A model generated the notes under the pieces. It saw only the letters and a program-made list of their open reading frames with translations. It was not told where the DNA came from and did not search any database. Shown in pieces: positions 48,801 to 62,849 of a stretch of DNA of 64,000 bases. The DNA comes from Anolis carolinensis (lineage: Eukaryota), in contig NC_085842.1 of NCBI RefSeq assembly GCF_035594765.1, positions 130,585,036-130,649,035 of the forward strand, read 5' to 3'. The position numbers were made by a program, and so were the translations under genes. The first letter of the stretch is position 1. Every line of letters begins with the position of its first letter.

Positions 48801-51800
48801 TTAAGCCAAACATTAACAACTTGCCCATCAATCCACCACTTTGTGACCTGACGCGACAGTTGAATTGCTTTGCAAAGACCCATGTCTTTTTTATTGTCCT
48901 GGCAGTGACAGGAAATATCCAGCATTAGTGTGCTGATCTTTGTCTCATATTATTTTGCCTCACTATTAGCTTTACAAGTTTTGCAAAAAAAGTGGTGCAA
49001 ACAAGAAAGCGTTGCCTAATAGGCACACTAGTAGCCCTGCAATTGTCATGACTAGCACAACGAAAATCTATTTTGTATATCCAAAGTATGAGCAGCCATG
49101 CTGTTAGCCAACAACTTGCCCATCTTGTCTTCTCTTCAGCTGTCACCATTTTGTACTCATATTTGTAATGTTTTTCCCTCTATATAAAAAAGATAGCTTC
49201 CCTACTCTACGTAACAGTCTACATCTCATAAATAGTACAGTAATTGGTATAATGACGAGAAGCATTACCATATCATCATCACCCTGCCTGTTCCCTTGAA
49301 ATGGAATGTGACTTACAAAAACTAAAACAAGTAGAGTTGAAAGTACTTATTAACACATAAGTAAAAATATACAAATGTTATTACAAAATGCATTTAATAG
49401 AATTAAAACCATTTAAAACCAACCCTTTAAAAGACAAAAACCAGCAAACAGTACACCTTTCAATCCGTTTCTAAAAGGCTGTCGAAATGGAAATAAATGA
49501 ATGGCAAATATACACCTAGTTGAATGCTGAATGGTAAATACTAAATACACACCTAGTGTAAATCAATGTAATATTTTTGTTCTATCTGCAACTTGTAATT
49601 TGGTTTAGGCCTGAGGCATCAACTCCCAGAAACAAGGGGAAAGTATTAAGGAAGCTGAAGTCCTAGGCTATAGAAGGTAACAAATCAGAGTTTGATGAAG
49701 CTTAATTACCTCTATTGTATTAGGCAAATGGGTCTTAAGTAGCTAGCAAACATCTGAATGAATGTGGATTCCCCCACTGCAGCCCTTAAATCGTTGGCTA
49801 AATTTCTTTTTAAAATGAAAACATTTTTCAGAGTTGTAGTTCTCAGAAAAAAATATCAGACAAAACCAGGCTGAGTAAAAAAGGAGCTCTGACATGGAGG
49901 TGCAGCATTTATTGGTATACTTAATTCCTTATACTTAACCTAGATGTAGGTAATAATCCATGTATCACAAAAATGCTATAACCATTGAAATATCTCTCAG
50001 TGGAATTCATGGTATCATTTCAAGGAAACAAAACTCTTTGAGGAGTTAAGATTCCTAAAGTTCTAACAGACTGCTTAGACCATGGGGTTCAAGGGTACAT
50101 CAACGTTATTTGTGTTTATATTATTTCAGTGGTTTGAGTGTTGCACTGTGACTCTGGAAACTAGGGTTCAAATTTGCACTCAGGCATGGAAACTCACTGG
50201 GTTGCCTTGGACAGGTCACACTCTCTCAGCTTCAGAGGAAAGCAAAGGCAAAGTCTCTGAACAAATCTTGTCAAATACCATGATGGATATGCCTTAGGAT
50301 CACCGTAAGTTGGAAATGACTTGAAGACACACAACAACCATATATTATATCTATCCATTCTGAAGACATAGGGATATGTGCTTTGAAAAACAAGCATTGT
50401 TAATATTGCTGTAATTAAAACAGTTACATACAGATAATTACTACACATGCTTTCTAAGTACTACTTTTTGTGCCGTTTAATCAAGAGTAAAGTGTTAGTT
50501 AAACAAGTGAATGTACATTGGTCTTTTCCTTTCCTTACTATTAAGGTGTTTATAAATGACCCATTCTTAAAAGATATCAGTGGTGAACAATAAATGTAAC
50601 CAAAAGGATCACTCAGTCCTATTTCACCAATGCAGTACAAACATAAAACAACACCAAAAGGCAGTAAACAATACAACAACTTAAAATGCCCAGAGCAAGA
50701 GACAAGTTTTGATGTGACACTAAAACAGTTTGCCTGGATAGCACAAGTGGGGAACATTTCTTCCCATTTTCTACTATTAATTGACAGTTGGATCCTCCTG
50801 CTTCATGGAGGCTGCAACACTAAGCAGACACCCTAAGGCGGCAATAACAGGGGAACGAGCTCCTCCGTGAGTCCTCTCACTTCCATATTAATCACTTCAC
50901 CAGCCTGGAACCACCTGCACAGCCAATTAACAGTCTGGAGGTGCCAGAGAGTGTGACAGTCACAAGGAACGTGCGATTGTCATGTGACCACAAGCAGAAG
51001 ATGAATATGGAGTACCAAGGGTTTTAGCTCAGTGAGAGAGTGCACCTTATACCAGGTTCAGTCCCCAGTATACCCAGAGCCATGCCCTAGTGGGCTAGAA
51101 AGGAAACAGCCTCCACCTTAAGGGTGACACAAAACCACTCAGAGAATCAGCCGTCAATCAAGGTAGTGCTTTCTAGAGAGAAATGGGACCAACCCTACCA
51201 TGTAGAGAAAGCCCAGGAGCCTGCCCAACGACAAACCTGAGATTTAAAAAGAATTGTAACCCTATACAACACAGGCTGAATCCCTATTCCTTGATTTGCC
51301 ATTCAATTGACCAAAAGCATCTCTGATTTGTCTGCATTAAGTTTCAGTTTGTTTTCTGCCATCAAGTTCTGTGGTTTTCAACCTTTGGCCCTCCAGGTGT
51401 TTTGGAACTCAACTCGCATAGCTGTTAAGACTTTCTGTGGAATCGGATAGAAAAGAGTTTGGAACCATCAGCATCCAACTTCAAAACTCCGAGTAACCTC
51501 TTCCAACAGTTTCATGTACTATATGTGATTGCTCTGAGGTCAAATATATCATCTTGAAGCCCCAATCTTTTCTAAGGCAATATTATTAGCATCAGAACAG
51601 ATGGATATAATGATTGTTCACTGAAACCTATAAGAAACCACTTCAATTCAAAGGGCTGAGCACAATGTACAGTGAGATCTAATGGAACATCTGATTTGCA
51701 ATACACATTGGTTTGGGAAGGATTTTTTCACTTTTAGTTGCTTAACAACCAGAATTATTTTACCAATTTAAATTACAGTGCTGAAGAAGGTTGTGGCATG

Positions 51801-52975
51801 ATTAAAAGGAGATAAATAAGAGTAAGCTTACACTAACTTTGGAGCTGAAAACAAATTCCAAGTCACAGAATATTCCCCCAAACAGCACATTGTTCTTTAA
51901 AGATATCCTTATTCTACCTATTGCACCTATCTTGAGTTGGTGGATCTTGAGGAGAAATCAGATTTGATACACCTGAAGTCTGCTTATCTTGGAGATAAGC
52001 AGACTTCTATCTCTTGGGAGGTCTAATTTATTTATACCTAGACTGTAGATATCCATCAAAGACTGATATAAATAGTTAATTGTTCATGAGTCCTGGAATT
52101 TGTTTTGTGCACCAGAAAAGAATTGAGTTTACAGCCCTTCCACATATAAATCTATCCCTCGATCCCCTGAGTAGTTGTCATTTTAGCAGTATAATTCAGA
52201 ATGGGAAAAGTAACTATTGCTGCTGCTTTAAACATTTGAGATTAAAAATCCCTGTCAGGTACTACTGTACCAGCAGGTCCAGATCTGTCTTTTCTAAGGG
52301 ATACTAAGCACGAGATACCAGCAAAACACCCACAAGGGAGAGCTGTGATGTTTCTCTTTAAGGAGTCTGTGCTTCTCTCCCTTCTCCTCTAACTCTATTT
52401 TATTTCACTGCCATTGCACCTTACACAAATCATTTAATACACACACACACACACACTTATAGTTATATAAGTACACAAAAAGGAAGAAGAGAGGAAGATA
52501 GATAGGAAAAAACTTTGGAAGGTTAGAGTTTGACAGTCTTCACAAATCAGTCTTCACCAAAGCACTCAAGGAAGGTTTATCATTTTTTATAATCTGAGTT
52601 CTTCTTGCTCTTATTGAAGAGTGCTGGCTGTCACTGCCATCTGTAATGACTCCAGCTCCAACTGTCTCTGCAACATCTGCTCACCAACTTGGCAGCAGCA
52701 ACTACATTCTCAAAGTCCAAGGCTTCCTAACTTCCTAAAGTGACCTATAGTTTGGAAATGCAAAGAGATTATTCACAAATGAGAACTTAATATTTAGTCT
52801 AGTGGCTTGTCTAATGAAGAAAATAATTATTCTAATAAAGCAGCAATAACTACATAGCATGATAAGGCACTTCTTAAACAGGTTGATCACCCCTTACTTG
52901 GAATTCCAAAATCTGATATATTACACAATCCACCTCATGAAATAGTGACACCTTTACTTTCTGATGGCTCAATGT

Positions 52976-53109
52976 NNNNNNNNNNNNNNNNNNNNNNNNN
53001 NNNNNNNNNNNNNNNNNNNNNNNNNNNNNNNNNNNNNNNNNNNNNNNNNNNNNNNNNNNNNNNNNNNNNNNNNNNNNNNNNNNNNNNNNNNNNNNNNNNN
53101 NNNNNNNNN
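52976..53109. other. Assembly gap (134 N)
   Basis: Run of N. Confidence 1.
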
Positions 53110-53605
53110 TTATGTATGTATATGCAAGCACTGGTGTTATAAAATAAAATAAAATCCAAAACACTTTTCTCAGCTGTGCTCCAGGTTAGCCAACCCTTGG
53201 AAAAATTATTTTTCTTGGATGATGCATGACTCATTTACAGCATCATATGTTGTTGGATAGGAAATATGGTACTTTCATTCCAGGCATTTATTTGTAATGG
53301 GGAAAAGATGGAAGTCTGACAGTGTGACGTCAGGCGAATGTGGTGGTTGTGATAATAATTTGAAGTTAGTCATTAATTTTTTTGCAGCGAAATAATAGCG
53401 CAATCCACAACATGGTTCTGACTACTGGGAGTCACCATTTTCCCCCGATGTTTCCTGCCATCATCAGAGAACAGACTTTTGCACACAGGTGAAATTTGGT
53501 GGGACTTATAATGAAGAGTTGCTCTTGCCCAGGAAGTATTTTGGTCATCCCACAGTGCCTCCTTTGCATATGGTCCATGGGGAGAAGGTTTCTCCACAAA
53601 CCTAG

Positions 53606-53743
53606 GGCCCTTCCACACAGCTATATAACTCAAAATATCAAGGCAGATCATCCAAAATATCTGCTTTGAACTGATTATCTGAGTCTACACTGCCATATAA
53701 TCCAATTCAATGTGGATTTCATACAGCTGTGTGGAAGGGGCCC
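53606..53743. mobile_element. Palindromic Harbinger-like MITE (related copy at about 35979-36126)
   Basis: GGCCCTTCCACACAGC...GCTGTGTGGAAGGGGCCC with apparent 3-bp TAG flanks. Confidence 0.65.
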
Positions 53744-56230
53744 TAGTTCCTCCAAAGCAGGATTTCCAAAACTTTGGTCTTCTGAGTGGTTTGGACTTCA
53801 GCTCCATAACTCCTTGCATTGGCCAAGGTAGCTAAGGCTTATGGGAGCTGAAGTCCCAAAACCGGAAGAACTAGAATTTTGGAATCACTGCTGTAAGAAA
53901 ATATCTCTAGTAATAATTAAGCCTTTAAAAACAAACAAAACCCCTATGACATGACATGCAGTGAAAAAGTTAAATTTCCTGTAACAATTTCTGGTGTTTT
54001 GCTCCCAATTAAGTGGGCTATGGCCAGTTTTAGTCAGAACTTGGACAGATACTTGGTGGACTGCAACTCCTCAAATACTCCATCAGCATCCCAAAGTTAT
54101 GGTACTTCTGATAGCTTCAACCAGTGATACTTGCAGGCATACATCCATAAGCAACCAGCTGCTTGTCAACAGAAAGTTTCCAAGAAAGAAGCAATGGTAG
54201 CCAGTGAATACAAATATGGGGGATATATTAGTTCTTCACCTCCACATAAGAAAGTTTAAGAAGCTCTAGACAGCCTTGGTGAGGAAATAATCTGTATTAA
54301 GCTAGGTTGTCTTGGGCTCTACAAAACAGCCAAAGGAACAAACAAAAACAAAAACAAAAAAACCCCTCAACCATCAGTTGGTTAAAGAAGAATGTAGTTC
54401 TAATAAAGGCAACAAGGTTGCTCCTCAAAGTGCACAGTAACAGCTACCAGGCCTTAAAGGTTTTATTGAGAGAGGCAATAGTTTACAGCTGCCATTTGAA
54501 ATTCATAAACTTTCTTCATAATTAATTACCTTTCTTTCTCATCCCACCCAAGGGTAAAAACAACACATTCTAAAATTCCAGCATAGAAAGGAAGGTCCCC
54601 ACAGGCATTTGGAGAGAAGAAAAATGTAAAATGCAAAAGGAATTGTGATCAGAAAGAACAATTAGGTGCTGTGAGTAACTTCGGCTTTGCCAGGCAGTGT
54701 TCATTGCCTCTGACTGAGTGAAGCTGAAGTTCCAGACCTGGGCTGGAGAGTGGCAGGAAAAGCAGAAATTAAATAAGTCTGACATTTTTAATAACAGTTT
54801 CAAGGAGTTGGATGCCAGTGGGAGCATTCTCCTATGGAAATGCACTGCCTGTGGTTGATTTGCCACTTTGGGCTGAATTGTTTGCATTTAATGACAAATC
54901 CTTTTCAAATCTCTCACTTGCAGGAGCAACAGGGCCCGGAGGAATCTCATATTTCAGAGAAATTAATTCAAAAATGGTAACGAGCCCAAGATTAAAAACA
55001 AACATAAGACGCTGTGAAGGGCTGAAGGCTCAGGGCATACGTACCACTTTGTTAGGTTAAAATACGAGCTCTGTTGGCAGCCAATAGACTGACTGCCTCA
55101 GGAAAGGAGAAAAATTGTCATGTGGACTATGCCACATCATCTTAATGACCCAATAACACTGTTAAGAGTAAACATGGTGGACACAAGCCCTAATGAACAT
55201 GGTAAAGCCCTCAATTTGTAGATATCCTCTGTTTGAATGATCATGTCCTCTGATTTCTGTTAAAATATACACCATCCTAAGAAAGGACAAGTCTTGAAGT
55301 TGCCAGTAAACAATTTTTAGCAGCTGGACATTTATTTATTATTTACAGTATTTATATTCCGCCCTTCTTTCTCACCCCTCAGGGGACACAGGGCAGATCA
55401 CAATGTACATATATATGGTAAACATTCAATGCTATTAAACAAACACACAGACAGACAGAGGCTTTTTAACTTCCCAGCTTTTGGCTTTGTGAGGGTATGC
55501 TCGATTCTGGCCACAGGAGGATCTGCTGCTTCATCATCCACTGTGACGACAAGTCCTTTGGATGGTGTACTTCCTCATCCAGCACGCAGGCTGCTGGACT
55601 TTTTTATGGTGTTGTAAATCAGTTAAATTAGCCTCCCCGCATAAGCGGTCCCTAAATTTTTCTACTTGACAGATGCAACTGTGTTTCAGGTTGCTTAGGT
55701 CAATAACGAGCAGGGCTATTTTTTATTTTAATTGTCGGGTGCTCACTCCACCTCTTGGCCATAGTGATTTATTGCAGCTGGCTACTAACCAGCCTGCGCT
55801 GCAGCTCGGCCCCATCAGACTAAGTAGGTGGTTATGTCTCCTAGCTAGTTTTCCCCATAATGGTGAAATGTGCTCTATTTCTGTTTAAAATAGAGATTGA
55901 AACTGTTAATTGCTACAGGCATGCAATGCAACTCTTCACTGTTTGGAACATTAATGCTTCACTAATGGAACCTACTACCTAAAAGGAAAACAGTTGCCAC
56001 TGGAATAAACAGACAAAAGCACTGTGTTGTTGTGTGTTTTCTGGGCTGTGTGGCCATGTTCCAGAAGCATTCTTTCCTGACGTTCTCTCCTGACATCTAT
56101 GGCAGGCGTCCTCAGAGGTGTATATTTCCCACTCAATGTCAGATTTAGAAGGTTTCCTGTTAGACTGCCCCAGTAGGACAATATCAAGCTGATGGTTTGC
56201 CAAAGCACTAGGGATGCTGAAAGCTGTGGG

Positions 56231-56560
56231 CAGAGGCGGTTCAACCACCAGGCCAACTAGGCAGTTGCCTGTGGCACCATCTTGTTGGGGGCGCCATCGA
56301 GGCAACTCCTGTCTCCTGTGGCCTGCCTCCGCAAGGTATTGAACTGCTTTTGCTGTTGATTTGTTGTAAAACATGTTTTAGTGCTTAATTTATAAAATCT
56401 TAATGTAATTTGATGTTTAATAGGCTTTTCCTTAATCCCTCCTTAATTATCAAACATTTTCGCTTATCCAAGGCTTTTATTTTTCAGTGATTGGGTTTTT
56501 TTTGGGGGGGGGGCAAAATTCTGTTTGCCTACACTTGAAAAATACCTAGGGCCGGCTCTG
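56231..56560. mobile_element. Non-autonomous hAT element containing a mariner-MITE fragment
   Basis: TIR CAGAGGCGG / CCGGCTCTG; perfect 8-bp TSD GCTGTGGG at 56223-56230 and 56561-56568. Confidence 0.85.
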
Positions 56561-57088
56561 GCTGTGGGCAGTATTGTCTCATCTCATTCGAGAGGTGAAA
56601 TGGCGGGAGAGGCTACAGCAGCCTTTGTTGCTGTCAATGTTTATCAAGCCAGTGTCTACTTATGGAAGCAAAGTCCAAATAAACTCACTGAAATAACCAA
56701 GGTCAACAGACCAGGATCAGAAGTGCTGATTAGTCCTTAGAAAGCAACAGAATAGTCAAATGTCTGATCCAGAGACAGAAACACAGTTCAAGAAAACAAA
56801 ATGTCACAAGCCAGATTACCAGAGGTCAAAGCAGAAGTCCTTGAGTAACATGTCGCTAAGTGGCCGTCAGATTCCAAGATGAGACCAAGCAGGCATTGGA
56901 CTCAAACCAGGAAACGTTGTCCTCTGCATTGTCAAAACACTGAGGACCTTTTCTCTCGTGCTGCTTGATTGTTTCTCAATCTCTAAAACCTGTGATATTT
57001 TGCCTAATTTTTCCTATGTTTTAGAGATGTGGGTAAGTGTAACCCTCTGTAGCTTGTTCAGATGTGTTTGTTTCAGCATTCTCTAAAG

Positions 57089-57223
57089 CAGAGTTTCTCA
57101 AACTGTGCTCCTGCAGATGTTTTGGACTTCAGCTCCCACAATTCTTAACAGTTAGCAAGCCTGGTGGAATTTCTGGGAGCGGAAGTCTAAAACACCTGGA
57201 GGAGCACAGTTTGAGAAACACTG
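57089..57223. mobile_element. Palindromic hAT MITE
   Basis: CAGAGTTTCTCAAACTGTGCTCC...GGAGCACAGTTTGAGAAACACTG; TSD CTCTAAAG / CTCTAGGG. Confidence 0.8.
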
Positions 57224-57289
57224 CTCTAGGGCTTGCTCAGATTGTTGGGGGGTATTTGTATCTGTTGAAGGCTCAACTGAGTTAGGCTG

Positions 57290-57600
57290 GGCAGACACTT
57301 GAGAGATGCTGTCCTCCATCTCCTCTGCTCCTCCTTGTCCTCACTATCTGAGCTGTTCATGATACCTGTTTGTACAATTTACCAAGGTTTTAATTGTGAT
57401 TTTTTAATGTCGATATTTATAAATGTGTGTAGATTTTCTGTATACTGTGTGGCCCAGTTGTTTGTTCGGTTTGTGGATGACTAAGACCTCTAAAATGGTA
57501 GTTTTCCTTTGTTTTCTTCTTCCAAAGTAAATTGGAATTTTGGGCAGATATTGTTGATATAGTCCAGAAACTTGTTTAGTTCTTCTCTGTAGCTCCACAT
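57290..57600 (-). mobile_element. Degenerate Penelope RT fragment
   Basis: LEVLVIHKPNKQLGHTVYRKSTH; homologous to about 21850-22030. Confidence 0.7.
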
Positions 57601-59652
57601 AGTGAATGTATCATAAACATAACAAAACTATATAGTGGGCTTTTTTGTGTTTTCAGGGCTTGTTTCTCAAAGTGTTCCATATAAAATTTTGCTGTGAAAG
57701 AGCTAAGAGGGCTCCCTATGGCTACCCCATCTTTCTATTCTCAGAATTCATTATCCCACTAGAAGTAGCTTGTAGTGAGGCAATGTTGAAACAGGGCTGT
57801 GATGTCTTTTGGGAAATTCCAATTAATAAGTGCCACGGTGAATAGGAAAACCACATTAAAGCTGATCAGTTTGTCACTGAGGTTGAGTTTAAGATTGCTT
57901 ATTTTTTTATGAAGCGGAACGAGTCCTTAATGTAGTGTAGTAAATCCAATATGGGTTTGTAGTTGTGCAGCCAGAAATTTTACCAAATTTTCCCAGATTT
58001 GAGGAATCTGAAATATAGAAGTTTCTCCTGCTGACATTAAATACACAGCCCCCTGACAACATAGAAATAAGAAATATGGTCAGTTGGCTGTACTTCCATT
58101 CGCTATTTTACCCCAAGTCAGCGCAAGTCATATTGAGATTTTGACCCTCCTGTCTCTGTAATAGAAAGAAATTCAGCTGTTTTTTTTCCCTTATCATATC
58201 CTTCCTTATTAATGAAATAAGTTACCCCTAGAAATCTCCCATCTTAATTTTCAAAACCGAATATTCTGTACAATAACAAAAGCCTTCATTGCTGAAAATT
58301 ATGAACTACGAAAGACACACACAGTCTTCCTGAGATTAGTACAGAGGTGTTCCTCATGCTCATAGCAAATGGGGGAGGGCAGATTGAGACACTGTTCACC
58401 AAGACCACTGAGAAGATTATCTCCTTACAACACCATATCGGAGGATCCACCTCCATTCACTGCAACCACATCTTGGGTTAGAACTAAAGTCTTGGTCATC
58501 TTTTCTCAGTTCTAGGTCTTACACCAGCCATTGACACAAACATAAGTTATTGATGTTTTATTATTTTCCACTGCTGAAAGTGCACAAGAGAGATAGAAAA
58601 GAGCCTATCTGGACAAGAAAGAATCCCACCCTCATGAACAGCTCCTGTGTACATTCCCACCCTGCATGAGAAAGAAGTCTGAGGCAAGTGATGGATCTGT
58701 GAGCCTCACAACAATGCATCCTACTTTCACCGTACAAGGCATTTATCCACAATGGGCTGTATGCTGAGCTGGGGCTACCAGATATCTCAGTCCCTCTGTA
58801 CAAGAGCCACAAGGCCAGCACGGAGCAGAGTAGAATCCCTATTGCAAAGCAATGTATTGGAGTTTTAATAAGCGTATCCATCCAAAGCAAGATTTCTAAA
58901 GATTGGGAACATGTAATAATGCAATCTCACCAACTCTTGCTTAGCCATGGATCTAAAGAGGCACATCTGAACATGGGATAATGGGAGCATACTGTGTGCC
59001 ACTGGGAAGACTAGGATGCACTAAGCTCTAACCAAGACTTTGAATGTATCAAATTCAGTGTAAGGCAGTAAAAGCAACTGGCTCTCTTCCTCCCTTTTGG
59101 GCCCAGCTGAGAAATGCTATTGCCAGTATGACTGCAACCTTCTTCTCAGAAAAAGGGGAGGCTTCAGGGTATCTGGCCCAACTTGACAGGGTACTGCTAT
59201 CAAGTGAGTACCCTAGAGTCTTGTTAGTGCTGTGTAGGAGATAAGCCAAACTAGACTGGACGGTTTTGAAGATTAGAAAATTTTGCCTGCTGTGGCAGGC
59301 AAAAAATCAGAGGGATGGTCTGAAATGTGCAGATTTTAGAAGAAAGCTGAGCAGAGGTTATTCCTGCTTCCCAATTCCAATAGGTCACAGAGTGTTAGAA
59401 GATAAAACCACGCAGTGTTGCAAATATTCATTGGAATTAAAATCTCTTATTGGTAGGTCAATATTAAACCCTTCCCATGTGAGTGGGCTTGGGCAAATTA
59501 TATAGCAGCATCCTGGATCTTTCTGCATGTGCAACTGTGGACTTGAAGCCAGGAAAATCATGACCACAGACCTTGCTGAGATTCACAGCAGTATCCTATC
59601 CTTCAAGAAAACTGCTCCAGAAGGGAGGATTCTGCTGCACCTTTCTTCCATG

Positions 59653-59785
59653 CTAGCTCTCGTAACCTTTGGACCCTTTTAGGCCTGCCTTCTGCTGGGA
59701 TACTTCTTCCTCTTTTTTCTTCATAGCCTCCAGCACAGCCAGCTCCTTGGCTTCTTTTTTTTGGTTCCGGGCTTCAAACTCCAGC
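59653..59785 (-). CDS. PCYT2: PCYT2 last coding exon
   Basis: (R)LEFEARNQKKEAKELAVLEAMKKKEEEVSQQKAGLKGSKGYES-stop; phase matches the previous exon; candidate AATAAA at 58557-58562. Confidence 0.93.
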
Positions 59786-60649
59786 CTGAAATGACCAAGA
59801 GTGATTTAACTAATGACCAAGAGTGATTTAACAGTGATTTAACTAAGAATTTTTAATTAGTTTGGAGTTGTGTTCCTGGAAAGGACAACCCCTCCCTGGA
59901 GGTCTGCTGGGCTCTCACCTCCAGTAAAGTAAATGAAGTGTTTGGGTTGACAAAGTATTTTTGCTCCCAGCTGGACTCTTAGGGCTTGGTGACTTTAGGC
60001 ACAACACAGTATCACCAATATCTGGAAGCTTGTTAAGAATTGGAGAACTAGGAAAGGGATATTGTTTAAATACTATCAGGATACCGTGTGTGGGGGATAC
60101 TTTGTAATCCCAAACACATAATTTATTTTACCTCAAATGACCCTGATAGGAATAAGAAGCACCAGAAAAGAGCCAGCACTGCAATATATTGTGAAAAACA
60201 GAGGTTCTCTATTACCAGTGAAGTCTTAAAACATCATCTTCTAGCAAAACATCAAGTGCAGGAGTCTTCTGTATTCTTACAGGCATGATTCATTTTGTGG
60301 GATTGCTAGTGGTACTTCTCTCCAGTTTCTGCACCAAAGTCACAGCTCCAAGTGGACTCTGAAGAGATCCATGGTTTGTGTACATGTGCACAACTGATTC
60401 TGACTGTAATATTATTTACATATAATTCAGGACTTGCAATGCCAAGTAACTAAAATACTATAGACTGTGGCTTTAACATAGACATGAAACCATTGGGAAC
60501 AAGAATTGTGCAGAAAAAAGAATGTCTACTTTAAGGCCCACTTTTCAATTTTATGCTTTTGTTATGTACTAATTTGCACTAATAACATAAGTTCAGAGGT
60601 TTTCCAATAGAGCCCTCTTTCTTCCTTGTATTTTTTTCAGTTGGGAATG

Positions 60650-61565
60650 GAATGGTTGCTTACCTGTAACTGTGTTTCTCTGAGTGGTCATTTGTGAAAT
60701 TCCTACATATGGTATTTCCTGTGCCTGCTCGGTCAGTTTGAAATCTTCTAGAGTCTTTAGGATACATTTTGGTGGTAGCCTTACCCACACTTTCCAAGAA
60801 GGTATATAGTCAGTGGGAGGGGCTACAGCCTCAGTTCCTCTGCCACAGAGTAGCAGCCTCGAAGAACCAAGGCATGACAAAAGTGGGGAGGACGGGTGGG
60901 GATGTGTGAATTTCATAGATGACCACTCGAAGAAACACGGTTGCAGGTAAGTAACCATTTCTTCTCCTTTGTGGTCTCTGTGGAAATCACATATATGATA
61001 GACTAGCAAGCTGCTAACCTTGGATGGTGTGCGTCATGCCACTGGAGAGAAGAGGACCATTCTGTAAAAAGCTGAATCTTTCTTAAAAAGAGCATCCACC
61101 TTGTAATGGATGACAAAAGTGAGCAGTTTAGACCAGGCGGCTGCTTGGCAGACGTCCTCCAAAAGCCTCAAGGAAGGCTTGAAAAGTGGCCACGGCCCTT
61201 GTGGAGTGGCCTCTGATATGTGAAGGTAAGTCACGACCTGCCAACTAGTAGGCCAAATGGACAGCAGACACAATCCATGAGGACAGTTGCTGTGGGAATA
61301 CTGGAAGGCCACTGGCATCCTTCTGGTATTTAAGGAAAAGTCTGACAGGCGTTCTGTATCCAGAGAGATTCCTTAGTTGCTGCAAAAGCGGCGTACAAAA
61401 GGAACTGAGGGTGTAGCCACTCCCACTGGCTATATTCCTTCTTGGGGAGTGTGGGCAGGGCTACCACCAAAATGTATCTTAAAGACACTAGAAGATTCCG
61501 AACTGACTGCGCAGCTGCGTAGAAAGTACCATATGTACAATTTTACAGAGACCACAAAGAAGAAA
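60650..61565 (-). mobile_element. Internally deleted DIRS retrotransposon in the last PCYT2 intron
   Basis: Tyrosine-recombinase C-terminus EDVCQAAAWSKLLTFVIHYKVD; inverted terminal repeats about 60685-60840 and 61400-61560; internal complementary region about 60905-61000. Confidence 0.8.
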
Positions 61566-61649
61566 TGACTGATTAGTGCAGGGCCATAATTGTAAAGACA
61601 GGTGAGAATGGTTTTTATGGTACAGTGCAAGGTAAGCCTCATTGAGCTA

Positions 61650-61772
<123 letters not shown>

Positions 61773-62549
61773 CTAGAGACACAGGGAACAGAATAAAATT
61801 GATAGGCAATAAGGCCTTCAGGAATAATCTTTAGAAATATTTCCAAATAATTTAGTTATGGAAATATGACCCAACTTTTTGTTGACAGATGCTACAGCAC
61901 AAAAACATTTATTAAGACAATGGTGGTTGCTAGAAGATGCAGCAGCTGCTGCACTGTTCTCACTTTTTTTCTTGTCCATAATGGATAAGAAGATTTTGAG
62001 AGAGAGAGAGAAAGATTAGGAACTTGATCTTTCTTTCCCTGCCTGCTTGGTTCCTTTGTCTGCCATCTATACCAAAGCATTATGGGTAGATTACATTGTC
62101 TGGTTCAGACAGGTTACTCATATCACTGCCCTTCATGGTACCAAAAGAGCCAACTGGGGCTGACTATGTTTTCTTTCTGCCCTTTGCCAACTGGGCATTC
62201 CCCCTCCCCCTCTCCCTCTCCAAGGATAAAGATGTGCTGAAACATATATGCTTACCATCTTTATTCGTCTAAAATAGTTCAGTGAGGGTCAGGCCATTCT
62301 TAAAGAATGGATTTCTTTAATAAATGTCCCTCCTTTTCAGGATCTGAAAACCTATTTTCTACCTCCACTTGGTTTTTGTGAACTCATTCTTCTAAAGTGG
62401 GCACTTCTGCTGTTGCTAGAAAGGAGGCTCTATTGTGGCTTTATTTCAAAAAATAATCTCATTGTATCCAACCCATCGAGCAATAGCTAAGCAATGGAAG
62501 TTAAGAGTACTGCTCAAAGGCTTTTCACACAGACAACAGCTTAAGGTCA

Positions 62550-62777
<228 letters not shown>

Positions 62778-62849
62778 CTATGTGGGTAGAAGATAGATAT
62801 GGATTGGCTGATATATTGGTTGATAGATCTCTGGATTATTTATAACAAA

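Noticed and set aside
52874-53234. ORFs spanning X runs
   Set aside because: Artefacts of the assembly gap.
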